Notes: generated by a model from the letters alone, not told the origin. Shown: positions 25,910 through 35,490, counted from the first letter of the stretch. The stretch is 58,656 bases of DNA from a virus (IMGVR_UViG_3300029226_000028:1-58656), one strand, 5' to 3'. Numbers and translations are program-made.

Positions 25910-27900
25910 GCGACTTCCTTTATTTCGCCCCAAGACGGACCCATTTCCACATCCACATTGAATGGGACTTCGGTGTCTGGGATACATGTCTTCATGATTT
26001 CAGCACAGGCTTTCGCATCTGCCACGGTGCCGAACGATCCATCAAATTCATCATGGACCTGCAGCTGAAGATAGTGACCAGCTGCATCGCATTCGACCAT
26101 GGCGGTCTTGGTCTGATCAGCTGACGATCCTTGAATCAATCGGTTCAGTGCTTTGTGGGTGAAATCGTATCCACCACGCCTTCCTTCAGGGAAGTGCAGA
26201 CGACGTCCACAGATTGTGGTGATGAACCCTTTTTCCTTGGCACGTTTTTCAGCAGCCTTTGCCAGCTTCTTCACATACGGTGCCTTGTTGTCGAACTTGT
26301 CAAGGATCGCCTGACCTTCTTTGCCAGCTGCACGCCACATGAAGGTTTCACCCTTCGCTTCCATCCGAACCTGCATGGCTTCGTGTTGGGTTTCCACATA
26401 GGTCACGGTGCGCTTGCGCTGATCGTTGGTTTCTGACACAGCCCAACGGGTTGCCAGTCCCAGTTCATCGCACATGGACGCACCGCCTTTGCCATAGCAC
26501 AATCCAAGATAGATCGCTTTGGCCTGTTTACGGGGCACACCGGTCAATTCAGCCATCATGTCGTGGTTGTCGGTGGTTGGGTCGTCCCGATACTGCTTTG
26601 CAGCCTTTTCAGCCTTCGTCAGACGCATCACAGCGGCGAAGTGGGTCGTCCAGCGTGGTTCCTGCTGGGAATAGTCCAGACAGCCCCACAGCGCCCCGTC
26701 ATCAGGGATATAGATCGACCGCCAGAACGCTGCGAATTCATCCCGGCTTGGCTGCTGCTGCAGGTTGGGCAGGATGCAGGACAGGCGTCCATATCGGGCA
26801 CCCTTCTGATTGCCACTTTCCGTTTCACGCGCCATCTGGTTGAAGGTGCAGTGGATGCGACCGTTGACCATGTGACGTCGGACAGATGCAGCGAATGTGG
26901 TTCTGATTTTGTTGACCTTGCGTGCCCAAGCGATCCGTTCGGACACCGGGTGGTCGATGCTGGACATGAATTCGATGTCGATGTTGGGCTGACCATCAGC
27001 TGTCTTGCCAACCTTGGCACCGATGGCTTCGAATGCGGGTGCCAAGATCAATGGCTTCCAGACTTCACCGACAGGGATCGTCACCCCGGTTTCCACCCGG
27101 ACGAATTCCAGCGCTTCTGTTTCTTCCTTCAAAGCCCAAGCTTCAACTTGCGCCAGTTTGTCTTGGTCGATTTTCACACCGCGTCTTCGCATCTTCACCA
27201 GCACCGGCACCACCCGGCTTTCAAGGTTCCAGATGTTCCAAAGGTCGTCACGTTCCAGAAGCTTTTCCTGAATGCGCAACAGTTCCAGTGGTGACGTCAC
27301 GTCCCGTTCGGCATAGGCACCGACGAAGCGTGCAGGCAGAAGACCGATGTCTTTCTTTGGGTCCACACCATATGCGATGGCTGCTTCCCGGATCAGGGTT
27401 TCATCCTTGGCGACGACACCGTGACGCTTGCCGATGTTCGCCAGTGAAAAGCTGTATTGAAGTTCATCAATCAGGGGTTCAGCGACCTGAACGTCCCGGA
27501 TGAATGAAACGTTTTCGAAGTGCAGATCATTTTCAGCGCAATAGTCCAGATCATAGGCGATGTTTGCACCCACAGCCTGACCATCGAAATGCTTCATCTG
27601 ATATTTCAGATATCGCATGACCTGATCACGGTCCATGTTGTCGCCACCGACATGCCCAAATGGAAGATAGTATTTGTCACCGCCTGTGTGGTTCTTGCCG
27701 TCACCTTCGAAGGCGAATGAAACCCCCACCATCTTGCCGTTCGTGCGAACACCAATCCCAAGCTTCTTCAGATCGGGGTCGATGGTTTCGCAGTCAAGAC
27801 CGACCCGGCCACGCCCCTTCCAATCGGGAAGATCGGAAATGTTGGGCGCGACCCAGTCGCTGTCAGGCAAGAATAGTGGAAGCTGCATAGCCTTTGTCAT
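25906..27900 (-). CDS. polA: DNA polymerase, family A, with 3'-5' exonuclease
   Basis: DCET exonuclease motif, motif A DYSQQEPR, motif B RKQAKAIYLGLCYG, motif C QVHDE. Confidence 0.96.
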   Translation of the reverse strand: MTKAMQLPLFLPDSDWVAPNISDLPDWKGRGRVGLDCETIDPDLKKLGIGVRTNGKMVGVSFAFEGDGKNHTGGDKYYLPFGHVGGDNMDRDQVMRYLKYQMKHFDGQAVGANIAYDLDYCAENDLHFENVSFIRDVQVAEPLIDELQYSFSLANIGKRHGVVAKDETLIREAAIAYGVDPKKDIGLLPARFVGAYAERDVTSPLELLRIQEKLLERDDLWNIWNLESRVVPVLVKMRRRGVKIDQDKLAQVEAWALKEETEALEFVRVETGVTIPVGEVWKPLILAPAFEAIGAKVGKTADGQPNIDIEFMSSIDHPVSERIAWARKVNKIRTTFAASVRRHMVNGRIHCTFNQMARETESGNQKGARYGRLSCILPNLQQQPSRDEFAAFWRSIYIPDDGALWGCLDYSQQEPRWTTHFAAVMRLTKAEKAAKQYRDDPTTDNHDMMAELTGVPRKQAKAIYLGLCYGKGGASMCDELGLATRWAVSETNDQRKRTVTYVETQHEAMQVRMEAKGETFMWRAAGKEGQAILDKFDNKAPYVKKLAKAAEKRAKEKGFITTICGRRLHFPEGRRGGYDFTHKALNRLIQGSSADQTKTAMVECDAAGHYLQLQVHDEFDGSFGTVADAKACAEIMKTCIPDTEVPFNVDVEMGPSWGEIKEVA

Positions 27901-29075
27901 CAGTCGTCGTCCTGCACCATGTAAAAGTTTTCGATGTTGATGATGGTGGTGACGCCTTCAGCTTCAGTTTCCACCACTTCCAGTTCACCGACCTTCGTCC
28001 GGGTCGATTTGAACGACGGCATGGCACCGAAAAGTTCTTTGCCATAGTCCGTCAAGCCACTTTCAGGCAGTTCATCAGCTTCTTCATCTTCAGGTAACAC
28101 GAAGCAGTTCGTCGCCTTCAGATCGACAGGGTCACCGCTTGCACGAATGATCCGGTCGATCATGTCTTCATCCAGAATGAATTCAGGACCATGATGGAAG
28201 TCAACCGGCGTGTCGAAGAAGATTTCAACAGTTCCACCAACGCTGAACGCAGCGGCAAGCAGATCGTCCAATGTCGTGGTGATCAGTTCAGCGAAGATGT
28301 CGCCAGCATCTTTGGGATCGGGATCATCAGCTGGTCTGCTGCTTTGCGGTGTCCAAATCCCGGACCCTTTGACCTGATTCAAACAAAGTTGCTGCATGAC
28401 GTCAGCCACCATCATGAACAGGTCTTCTTCAGGACCATTGTTGTCGATCCAGAAATCAGCATTGGCATTTTCTGCAGTGATGTCCATGGAACCGGTTTCC
28501 GGGGGATGTCGTTTCGATGCATCAACCCAGATGATGTGGTCGAAGATGCCAGCTTGCTTGCACGCTTCCAGTTCATCCAGACGACGCATGCCGACATATA
28601 GATCAAAGCCACGTTCGATCATTGTTGCAGCGGTCTTGGATTTGTCCGGGGTGTTATAGGCGGAAATCATTTCCATCCACAGAACCCGGTGGTTCGACCG
28701 GTCTTCATACATGGCTTCAAAGTCAGGATATTTGGCGACACCCCAATTGTCCCACAGACATTCCTGTCCGACGAACATGGATGACGAAGTGAATTTGAAG
28801 CCATAATTGTCGCGCAAGATTTCACCAACGGTGTCCTTGCCATGCCGTGCATATCCCAGCACCAAGATTTTCGGTTTTGTCATTTTACGTCCTTTGCGTG
28901 TTTCAAGTGCGATGTCATCCAGCAGGGTGTTGATTTCGTCCCTGACCGGATCGTCCTTGATGGTCAGGATCACGCGACGACAGACCGCCACGAACCAGTC
29001 ACGTGCCTTGGCTTCTTCAGCCTGCAGCACTTTCTGTTTGCCTTCATAGGTGGGTTTGAATTCGTCCATGATCAT
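27900..29075 (-). CDS. Deoxynucleoside monophosphate kinase-like protein with N- and C-terminal extensions (internal start likely at 28883)
   Basis: P-loop GYARHGKDT, GMR..E and IDNNG; acidic tail. Confidence 0.75.
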   Translation of the reverse strand: MIMDEFKPTYEGKQKVLQAEEAKARDWFVAVCRRVILTIKDDPVRDEINTLLDDIALETRKGRKMTKPKILVLGYARHGKDTVGEILRDNYGFKFTSSSMFVGQECLWDNWGVAKYPDFEAMYEDRSNHRVLWMEMISAYNTPDKSKTAATMIERGFDLYVGMRRLDELEACKQAGIFDHIIWVDASKRHPPETGSMDITAENANADFWIDNNGPEEDLFMMVADVMQQLCLNQVKGSGIWTPQSSRPADDPDPKDAGDIFAELITTTLDDLLAAAFSVGGTVEIFFDTPVDFHHGPEFILDEDMIDRIIRASGDPVDLKATNCFVLPEDEEADELPESGLTDYGKELFGAMPSFKSTRTKVGELEVVETEAEGVTTIINIENFYMVQDDD

Positions 29076-29269
29076 GCCGCCTTCTTCATCATTTTCTTTG
29101 CACCAGTTTCGGCACGTGCCATCGTGGTGTAGTGACGGGCAGGGATACCATGCAAGCAGCGACCAGCGCGTGTGACGATCACCAGCCAGTCAGTGCCACC
29201 ATAGCCATTCATGCTGATGTTTGCTTCGACGCGGCCATCTGTCAGGGTTTTGCGGGTTGCGGTTGTCAT
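29072..29269 (-). CDS. Small hypothetical protein
   Basis: First gene after a cassette copy. Confidence 0.65.
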   Translation of the reverse strand: MTTATRKTLTDGRVEANISMNGYGGTDWLVIVTRAGRCLHGIPARHYTTMARAETGAKKMMKKAA

Positions 29270-29270
29270 C

Positions 29271-29352
29271 GGGGTCATCCTTTTCTAAGTTGATGACCCC
29301 TTGTCGCATACATCCAGACAGAACGCAACCCTTCAATTGTGACCATTTCAAG
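29271..29352 (-). promoter_or_regulatory. Repeated early promoter plus leader hairpin/RBS cassette
   Basis: Near-identical to 18431-18510, with the promoter spacer of 17459-17530. Confidence 0.85.
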
Positions 29353-29644
29353 TCGCGGCTTGTTGATACCTGATGGCTTCCTGAAAGTTGTCGAAGATGT
29401 GCGTCGGTGGTTGCAAATCTTTCCCATGCGATCTGATCCAGCGATCCAGTCGCTTCGCAGCGCGACGACGGTGGATGTCACCTGTCGGTCCATCAGGATA
29501 CCGCGCCACCGTCGTTGAAGGGATGATCTTCTTGGGCTGCAGACCATGCCAGCCAATGCGACCCATCTTGGGTGCTTCAGGCATGGCTTGCTGAACCATC
29601 CCCATCAACGATTGGGCGAACCCACCAAACATTTTGTTAAACAT
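29348..29644 (-). CDS. Hypothetical protein
   Basis: 98 aa ORF in the operon. Confidence 0.6.
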   Translation of the reverse strand: MFNKMFGGFAQSLMGMVQQAMPEAPKMGRIGWHGLQPKKIIPSTTVARYPDGPTGDIHRRRAAKRLDRWIRSHGKDLQPPTHIFDNFQEAIRYQQAAT

Positions 29645-30161
29645 GACGTGAAAATCCTTCTGTGTTTGTGTCCCATGTCCGGGACTTGTTAATTGTCATT
29701 TTGTGGTCGATTGCTTCCAGCAATTCACGGAACGACACACCTGAAGATCGGGCTGCTTGAACAAGGTTCCAGAAGCATTGATATCCCAAGATGGTGGTGT
29801 CGTCTTTGGGTTCTTCATACCCTTCACGGAATTCCTTCTGCAGTTCAATCGTCTGCCATTGGACAATCGTATCACAAACCGTTGCCACTGCAATTTCAGT
29901 GGTTGGGATTGGTGTCGATCCTGTCAGGTTCTGGTTCATGACTTTTTGAACACCTTCATTGGTGCACCCAACTGCAACCGCTGGTCCGGTCAATGTGATC
30001 CAGATGTCAGCAAGTTCACCCACAAACAATCGTGGGGAAGATTGGACTGCAATCGCTTCAGCAACTTCCAACATCGACCGATGCAGCTTCAAGCACTGAT
30101 GTGCATGTCCAAATGTGTCACGCTGCCAGAAGGCAATCGCTTCTATATTTCCGTTTGTCAT
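29637..30161 (-). CDS. MazG-like/DUF550-type nucleotide pyrophosphohydrolase
   Basis: WQRDTFG...E..E...ELADIWI...AIDHKMTINKSRTW. Confidence 0.65.
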   Translation of the reverse strand: MTNGNIEAIAFWQRDTFGHAHQCLKLHRSMLEVAEAIAVQSSPRLFVGELADIWITLTGPAVAVGCTNEGVQKVMNQNLTGSTPIPTTEIAVATVCDTIVQWQTIELQKEFREGYEEPKDDTTILGYQCFWNLVQAARSSGVSFRELLEAIDHKMTINKSRTWDTNTEGFSRHV

Positions 30162-30340
30162 TTCATTCGCTTTCTGATTGGTGTGATAATGAAGACCAAG
30201 ATGCCCAAAGGCAACCAGCCCAAGATGACCATGGTGGCTGGACCCCAACCCCATGACTTGTCGCGACCGACCTTGGTGTTGGTGGCGCATCCCAGCGCCA
30301 ATCCAAGACCAATGATGATATAGAATTCAACCCAGATCAT
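30158..30340 (-). CDS. Small membrane protein (2 TM)
   Basis: Two hydrophobic segments; ATGA overlaps. Confidence 0.6.
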   Translation of the reverse strand: MIWVEFYIIIGLGLALGCATNTKVGRDKSWGWGPATMVILGWLPLGILVFIITPIRKRMK

Positions 30341-30774
30341 GGAAATGTCCAATACCCATAAACGCACCGGGTGCCTTCACGGCTGCAGTCGTGGGTGTCG
30401 TTGATGACCCCGTCGATGACTGCGACAAGATGCTTGGATACAGATGCAATGATGTTCCCCTTGGGCAATTCATCAGATTTCAGGTGAACTGTGCACCCTG
30501 ATCCAATGAACATGGTCGGGGTCCAGATCGCGCCAAGTTCCAGCAGATAGTCCTTGAACCATTTGCGGCTGGTGTAAACGCCATCACGTGCTGATGCAGA
30601 TCGCTTCTGACCCTTCATCACACGCTGTTCACGCGCACCATCTGACAGACGGTCATAGACTTCCTGATATGGTCGACCGGATGCGATTGCCACGGCACGG
30701 GTGACGCAGTCGCCAGTGGTGCCATGAAAACCTGCAGCGGATCGACCGCCATCATTTCTGTTGAAATTTGTCAT
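30337..30774 (-). CDS. Conserved phage protein with possible papain-like Cys-His-Asp triad
   Basis: GDCVTRAVAIA...Y..VY, HLVAVIDG...D.HD and VYGYW. Confidence 0.7.
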   Translation of the reverse strand: MTNFNRNDGGRSAAGFHGTTGDCVTRAVAIASGRPYQEVYDRLSDGAREQRVMKGQKRSASARDGVYTSRKWFKDYLLELGAIWTPTMFIGSGCTVHLKSDELPKGNIIASVSKHLVAVIDGVINDTHDCSREGTRCVYGYWTFP

Positions 30775-31046
30775 GCGTCACCTTCCAGTGTTTTGATCAC
30801 ATTACGAAGCATCAGGCTTTCATCAGTCAGCTGTTGGCTGCGATGATACAAGGTGTCATTGAACCGGGACTGTGCAGCCAGCATGTCTTGGAAGGCTGTG
30901 GTCATGGCGCTATCTGCAGCACGTTCAGTGAAGATTTGGGTCTTCGCATTTTCAGTGCCATCAAAAATGTGTTTCATCGCATCCTTGATTGACTGGTTTC
31001 CTTCCTGTTCTCTGCGAACAGAAGCCAGCTTGATTTCTGGTGTCAT
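30771..31046 (-). CDS. Helical hypothetical protein
   Basis: AAAAGGAT RBS; MTPEIKL... Confidence 0.65.
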   Translation of the reverse strand: MTPEIKLASVRREQEGNQSIKDAMKHIFDGTENAKTQIFTERAADSAMTTAFQDMLAAQSRFNDTLYHRSQQLTDESLMLRNVIKTLEGDA

Positions 31047-31081
31047 GATAAATCCTTTTCTGTGGGTTGCCACACCATCGC

Positions 31082-31318
31082 CTATATGGCGATGGCTTTG
31101 GCAAGATGTTTGAAGAAGTGAACGATGTCGCCATTGGCGAAGTCGATCTTCACAAGGATGGTTTTGATTGATGCTTGTTCGGCTGGTGAAGCGGCTTTGA
31201 TCGCGTCCACGATGACCTGCAAAGGCATAAAGTTCATTCCCAGTTCACCCATCGCTTCGATGGTTTGATCAAGGTCGGTGCCTTTTTCTGCAAGGAAAGT
31301 GTCCAGCCATTTATTCAT
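31082..31318 (-). CDS. Conserved phage hypothetical protein
   Basis: WLDTFLAEKG...LVKIDF.NGD..HFFKHLA; first gene after a cassette copy. Confidence 0.75.
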   Translation of the reverse strand: MNKWLDTFLAEKGTDLDQTIEAMGELGMNFMPLQVIVDAIKAASPAEQASIKTILVKIDFANGDIVHFFKHLAKAIAI

Positions 31319-31322
31319 TTTG

Positions 31323-31412
31323 TGATCCTTTTCTACGTTGTTTCTTGTTTCGATAACCACTTATCGCACAAGGTCAGACAAAACGCAACAAATGAATTGT
31401 GACCATTTCAAG
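31323..31412 (-). promoter_or_regulatory. Repeated early promoter cassette (variant leader)
   Basis: CTTGAAATGGTCACAATT...GTTGCGTTTTGTCTGA...TGCGATAAG...AGAAAAGGATCA. Confidence 0.8.
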
Positions 31413-31465
31413 GCAGTTATGACTTGCAGATCATAAAACAGAAATATAATCTGCAAGTCATATTT

Positions 31466-33289
31466 TCATTCACAATTGGAACGACCGGTTGACCAGTCGA
31501 TTTCACAGGTGCCACCAGCGGTGATCTGTTCTTCAGCTGGTTCCTTGGGTGTGAAGATGCCAATCCGCTTTCCACCAGCATTGAATGTCGTGCATCCTTT
31601 GCAACCCTGTTCCCATGCGCTGATATAAAGCTGGCTGAATTCATCACGGGGCATAGTTGGTGACACGTTGCAGGTCTTGCTGACAGCGCTGTCCACCCAC
31701 TTGGTTGCCATCGCTAACACAGCGACATGCTGTTGGGCTGTGACGTCGTCTGCCAGCGTTCCCTTCACACCAAAGACTTGCCACCCATAGTCGTTCACTT
31801 CGACGATGACTTCACCTTCATCCATGATCATCTTGCGGGTGCCTTCATACATGATGACTGGTTCACAACCTGAACTGATGTTGTCAGCTGCATAGGAAAT
31901 CGTGCCGGTCGGTGCAACGGACAGAAGGTGACTGTTGCGAATGCCGTGGGTTCGAATGCGATCCTGAATAGTCAATGCTATTGACTGTTTGATGAATTCA
32001 CTGTCCAGATACTGATCAGCATCGAACATCGGGAACGGACCTTTTTCAATCGCCAGATCAACAGACGCATCATAGGAACCATTGGCGATGGTCCGCATGA
32101 CTTCTTCTTGGAACTGCAAGAATTCCGGGGTGCCATACATGAACCCTTGGGCTTCAGCAGCATTTGCCAGACCTGTGATCCCGATGCCCATCCGTCGCTT
32201 CGACTTGGCTTCAGCTTCTTGTTCAGGCAGTGGATACGTCGCCATGTCAATGACATTGTCCATGGCGCGAATTACAGGCGCGATGTCGCGTGTCAATTGA
32301 TCAAAATCAAAATACCATTCCAGAACCTGATCATCCCATAGCATATATTTGGTCAGGTTGAATGAACCCAAAAGGCAAGCACCATATGGGGGCAACGGCT
32401 GTTCGCCGCATGGATTACTTGCAGCGATAAGTTCGCAATATTTCAAGTTGTTCATGCGGTTGATTGTGTCAATGAACAGAACACCGGGTTCAGCCCAATG
32501 CCATGTGCTGTCCATGACTTCGTCCCACAGGATCGCGGGATCAATAGTGTCATAGACCTTGCCACCCCATACCAGATCGAACATCCGTCCTTCCAGCAGG
32601 CAGTGCATGAATTCATCAGTCACAGCGATGGATAGATTGAACCCTTTCAACTTCAAGGTTTCCTGCAATGCTGTCGCTAGATCGGCACGCATTGGATCAT
32701 CACCGGGCATGGCTTCGACCATGTCCCACAGCTTCTGCATATTGGCACCGGGCTGCTTCGCATTTAGGAACTTGCGAATGTCTGGGTGGTCGATCCGCAA
32801 GACACCCATCTGTGCCCCACGACGGTTCCCAGCAGACGATGTGGCTTCACAGACAGCGTCGTTGATAGGCATGAAGGCAATTGGACCATCAGTGTTCGCC
32901 TGAACCCCCACGATCAGGTCGTTGGATGGTCGCAGCGGTGACCAGTCATATCCAATGCCGCCACCCATTCGCATGGTCGTTGCAGCTTCAGTCGCTGTGC
33001 CCATGATGGAATTCTTGCCCATGTTGTCCCAGCCATGGACGAAGCTGTCGTGGATCGTGCCTGCAACGAAGCAGTTGTATGGGGTGATATTTTTGGATGA
33101 ACCGACAGCTGCCTGAATGCGACCGGCTGGCATGAAGCGAAGCGCTGATCCGATTTCTATCAAGACCTGAAGGTGTGCTTCGTTGTCTGCCAGACCAGTT
33201 GCCCAACGGACCACGGATGCATGGTGGTCTTCACCTTCATCCCGGTATTTTTGTGCATGGGTGAAATCGGAATGCGGATTTTGAATCAT
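31466..33289 (-). CDS. nrdJ: Ribonucleotide reductase, class II (adenosylcobalamin-dependent) type
   Basis: PAGR, NCFV, GGGIG, RRGAQM, NPCGEQPLPPYGACLLGS, APTGTIS and C-terminal Cys pair; no beta subunit gene seen. Confidence 0.9.
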   Translation of the reverse strand: MIQNPHSDFTHAQKYRDEGEDHHASVVRWATGLADNEAHLQVLIEIGSALRFMPAGRIQAAVGSSKNITPYNCFVAGTIHDSFVHGWDNMGKNSIMGTATEAATTMRMGGGIGYDWSPLRPSNDLIVGVQANTDGPIAFMPINDAVCEATSSAGNRRGAQMGVLRIDHPDIRKFLNAKQPGANMQKLWDMVEAMPGDDPMRADLATALQETLKLKGFNLSIAVTDEFMHCLLEGRMFDLVWGGKVYDTIDPAILWDEVMDSTWHWAEPGVLFIDTINRMNNLKYCELIAASNPCGEQPLPPYGACLLGSFNLTKYMLWDDQVLEWYFDFDQLTRDIAPVIRAMDNVIDMATYPLPEQEAEAKSKRRMGIGITGLANAAEAQGFMYGTPEFLQFQEEVMRTIANGSYDASVDLAIEKGPFPMFDADQYLDSEFIKQSIALTIQDRIRTHGIRNSHLLSVAPTGTISYAADNISSGCEPVIMYEGTRKMIMDEGEVIVEVNDYGWQVFGVKGTLADDVTAQQHVAVLAMATKWVDSAVSKTCNVSPTMPRDEFSQLYISAWEQGCKGCTTFNAGGKRIGIFTPKEPAEEQITAGGTCEIDWSTGRSNCE

Positions 33290-33321
33290 GGAATTGCCCC
33301 TTTGGCGTTTCTTGGTTTTAA

Positions 33322-34527
33322 TTATTCACGGACAATCGTCAGACGTTCCGCAGCACGTGTGATGGCGGTATAAAGCCACCGATGACGATGTTCACGGAAC
33401 GCGCTGCTTTCGTCAAACAACAGCACATCGTCCCACTGCGATCCTTGGGCAGTGTGGCATGTCACAGTGTATCCAAAATGGAATTCCTGTGCTTCCTTGG
33501 CTTCCCACCAATCGACCTTGTCACCCATGAACGGTGGGATATGGGAAGTCACTTCGATAGGTCTTCCTTCTACATCAGGACGGATGATCATGGCAACCTT
33601 ATCTTGCGTCGATCCGGTAATTTCTTCGACCATCCACATGGCACCGTTCAGCAGACCGACTTCGTGATCATTGCGACGACAGACCACACGGTCACCGGGC
33701 ATCGGCAAGGGGTCTGTGAAGTCCAGCAGCTTGCGCATGCGCCTGTTCCATGCGTGCCGGGTGGCATTGCGCCCCACGATGATCTGATCAGGTTCCAGCG
33801 CGTCTGCCTTGACCATGTCCCGTGTGGATATGATCCTGCAATTGCCATAGATGCCAAGGTCGATGCTTTGCCGGTTCCTGACCATGGTTGCCAGCTTCAG
33901 GATCGGACTGTCTTGGGCTTGCCGGTGCACTTCATCCAACAGGAAGTCAGGCTTGGCTTCAGTGAAGAACCCTGACCCCTTGACCGGGGGAAGCTGTGCT
34001 GGATCGCCCAACACAAGAATAGGGATGCCAAACGACAGCAGGTCTTCACCCATGAAGGTGTCCACCATGGAACATTCGTCGATGACGATCAGTGCTGCAT
34101 GTCGGATGTCGCTTTCACGGTTCAGGTCGAAGATCGGACTGGCTACGTTCTTGCGTTCACGGTTCAGTTCAAACCGGATGTCCTTGATCTTCTTCAATTC
34201 GAATGTGTCTGGTTTGTCGATCAACAGCAGCTTCGCCAGATCGGCTTCCATTTCCAAGACGCCAGCCTTCGACCGGTCACGTGGCTTGTAAATTAGTTTG
34301 TGAATTGTGGTTGCATTCGGACAACCTTTCTGATGCAGAACATGGGCTGCTTTGCCGGTGTAAGCTGCGAACATCACCTGACCTGTGACACCTTCAGCGA
34401 AGTGCTTGGCCAGCGTGGTCTTGCCCGATCCAGCGAAGCCAAACAGTCTGAAGATTGGCTGGTCTTTATTTCGAAGCCATGCCGCGACTGCGTCCAAGGC
34501 GTCATTCTGTTGGGCTGACCACTGCAT
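33322..34527 (-). CDS. RecD/Dda-like SF1B helicase
   Basis: GFAGSGKT, IDECSMV, GDPAQLPPV, HRQA, T.H.AQGSQW and YTAITRA. Confidence 0.92.
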   Translation of the reverse strand: MQWSAQQNDALDAVAAWLRNKDQPIFRLFGFAGSGKTTLAKHFAEGVTGQVMFAAYTGKAAHVLHQKGCPNATTIHKLIYKPRDRSKAGVLEMEADLAKLLLIDKPDTFELKKIKDIRFELNRERKNVASPIFDLNRESDIRHAALIVIDECSMVDTFMGEDLLSFGIPILVLGDPAQLPPVKGSGFFTEAKPDFLLDEVHRQAQDSPILKLATMVRNRQSIDLGIYGNCRIISTRDMVKADALEPDQIIVGRNATRHAWNRRMRKLLDFTDPLPMPGDRVVCRRNDHEVGLLNGAMWMVEEITGSTQDKVAMIIRPDVEGRPIEVTSHIPPFMGDKVDWWEAKEAQEFHFGYTVTCHTAQGSQWDDVLLFDESSAFREHRHRWLYTAITRAAERLTIVRE

Positions 34528-34563
34528 GATCTGGTGATCCTTTTCTGTTTTATCGTGTGTGGT

Positions 34564-34600
34564 AAAAACCCGCCAAAGCGATCAAACGATGGCGGGTTTT
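34564..34600. terminator. Bidirectional-looking Rho-independent terminator
   Basis: AAAACCCGCCA...TGGCGGGTTTT. Confidence 0.75.
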
Positions 34601-34617
34601 ATCTTACATGGTAAAGA

Positions 34618-35490
34618 CTAGAACGGAACTTCGTCGTCGTCGTCCTTGCCACCACCCTTGCCACCGGCTTTGCCGCGACCAGAACCGGATGCATCTGCTT
34701 GACCCGCTTTTTCTTCAGATGCGAAATCAGCTTTCGCTTCATCGGATCGGATCATGTTGTGCAGATTGATACCAGCCTGAAGAAGTTCAGCTTCGTCAGC
34801 AGGGTTGATCATCGTTTCCATCCAATTGGACCCGGTCAGTGGCGACACCTTCAGGCGATACCACGTGCCCTGATCATTGGATTTCTTTTCGGATGACAAT
34901 TTCGCACGGAACGCGAAATATGGCGGTTTGCCTTTCACCATCTGCATGGCGGTTCGGAAACCTTTCACCGGTTGCAAAGATGTTGACTTGACCGGGAAGA
35001 CACCGAACCCGATCACTTCCTTGCCGTCGTCAGACAGAAGGTTGCAATACAGATAGACGGTTTCAATCAGATCGTTGTCGCCATTCTTCAGCCCAACCAT
35101 AGAATTGCCATTCTCTTTTCGCGCTTTGCGAATAGCTGGGTCGGTCATTTCATGACGACCGGCAATCCCGCCACCGTTTTCGCGTGGTATCCATTCCACG
35201 ACCAACGTTTGGAAAAGCACCGGCTGAACGACAAGACCGTCCTTTGCCGCTACCAGTTCCCCGGTGACGCTGTTGTAATAGTTGCCAGCTTTCAGAAGTG
35301 GCTGGCTGTCATCGTCATCATCTTTTTCAAGGATGATTGGTGACATAGGCTGCAGGATAGACAGGAACGGGATCAGAAGATCGTCGGCACCTGCATTGTC
35401 CTGATAGTCACTGTATTCGCCATAATCGTGCACGGCGACTGCAGTGTTCTTCTTGCCGGTCTTTGCGACCGCTGTTGATGGTTTCGTCAT
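34618..35490 (-). CDS. Putative ssDNA-binding/annealing protein
   Basis: Gly-rich, acidic C-terminus DDDDEVPF; in the replication module; strong RBS. Confidence 0.65.
   Translation of the reverse strand: MTKPSTAVAKTGKKNTAVAVHDYGEYSDYQDNAGADDLLIPFLSILQPMSPIILEKDDDDDSQPLLKAGNYYNSVTGELVAAKDGLVVQPVLFQTLVVEWIPRENGGGIAGRHEMTDPAIRKARKENGNSMVGLKNGDNDLIETVYLYCNLLSDDGKEVIGFGVFPVKSTSLQPVKGFRTAMQMVKGKPPYFAFRAKLSSEKKSNDQGTWYRLKVSPLTGSNWMETMINPADEAELLQAGINLHNMIRSDEAKADFASEEKAGQADASGSGRGKAGGKGGGKDDDDEVPF

Noticed and set aside
19702-30161. Known hypermodification pathways (hmdU, 7-deazaguanine, 2-aminoadenine)
   Set aside because: The synthase is a canonical ThyX; no dUMP hydroxymethylase, Que/DpdA or PurZ genes were recognisable by motif.
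17459-31412. CRISPR array or ncRNA interpretation of the repeated ~80-bp element
   Set aside because: Copies are dispersed kilobases apart, each directly upstream of a gene and containing -35/-10/RBS features; there is no repeat-spacer periodicity and no cas gene.
31466-33289. Intein or intron in RNR, PolA or TerL
   Set aside because: Lengths are ordinary, motifs are contiguous, and no intein splice-junction signatures or frame breaks were seen.
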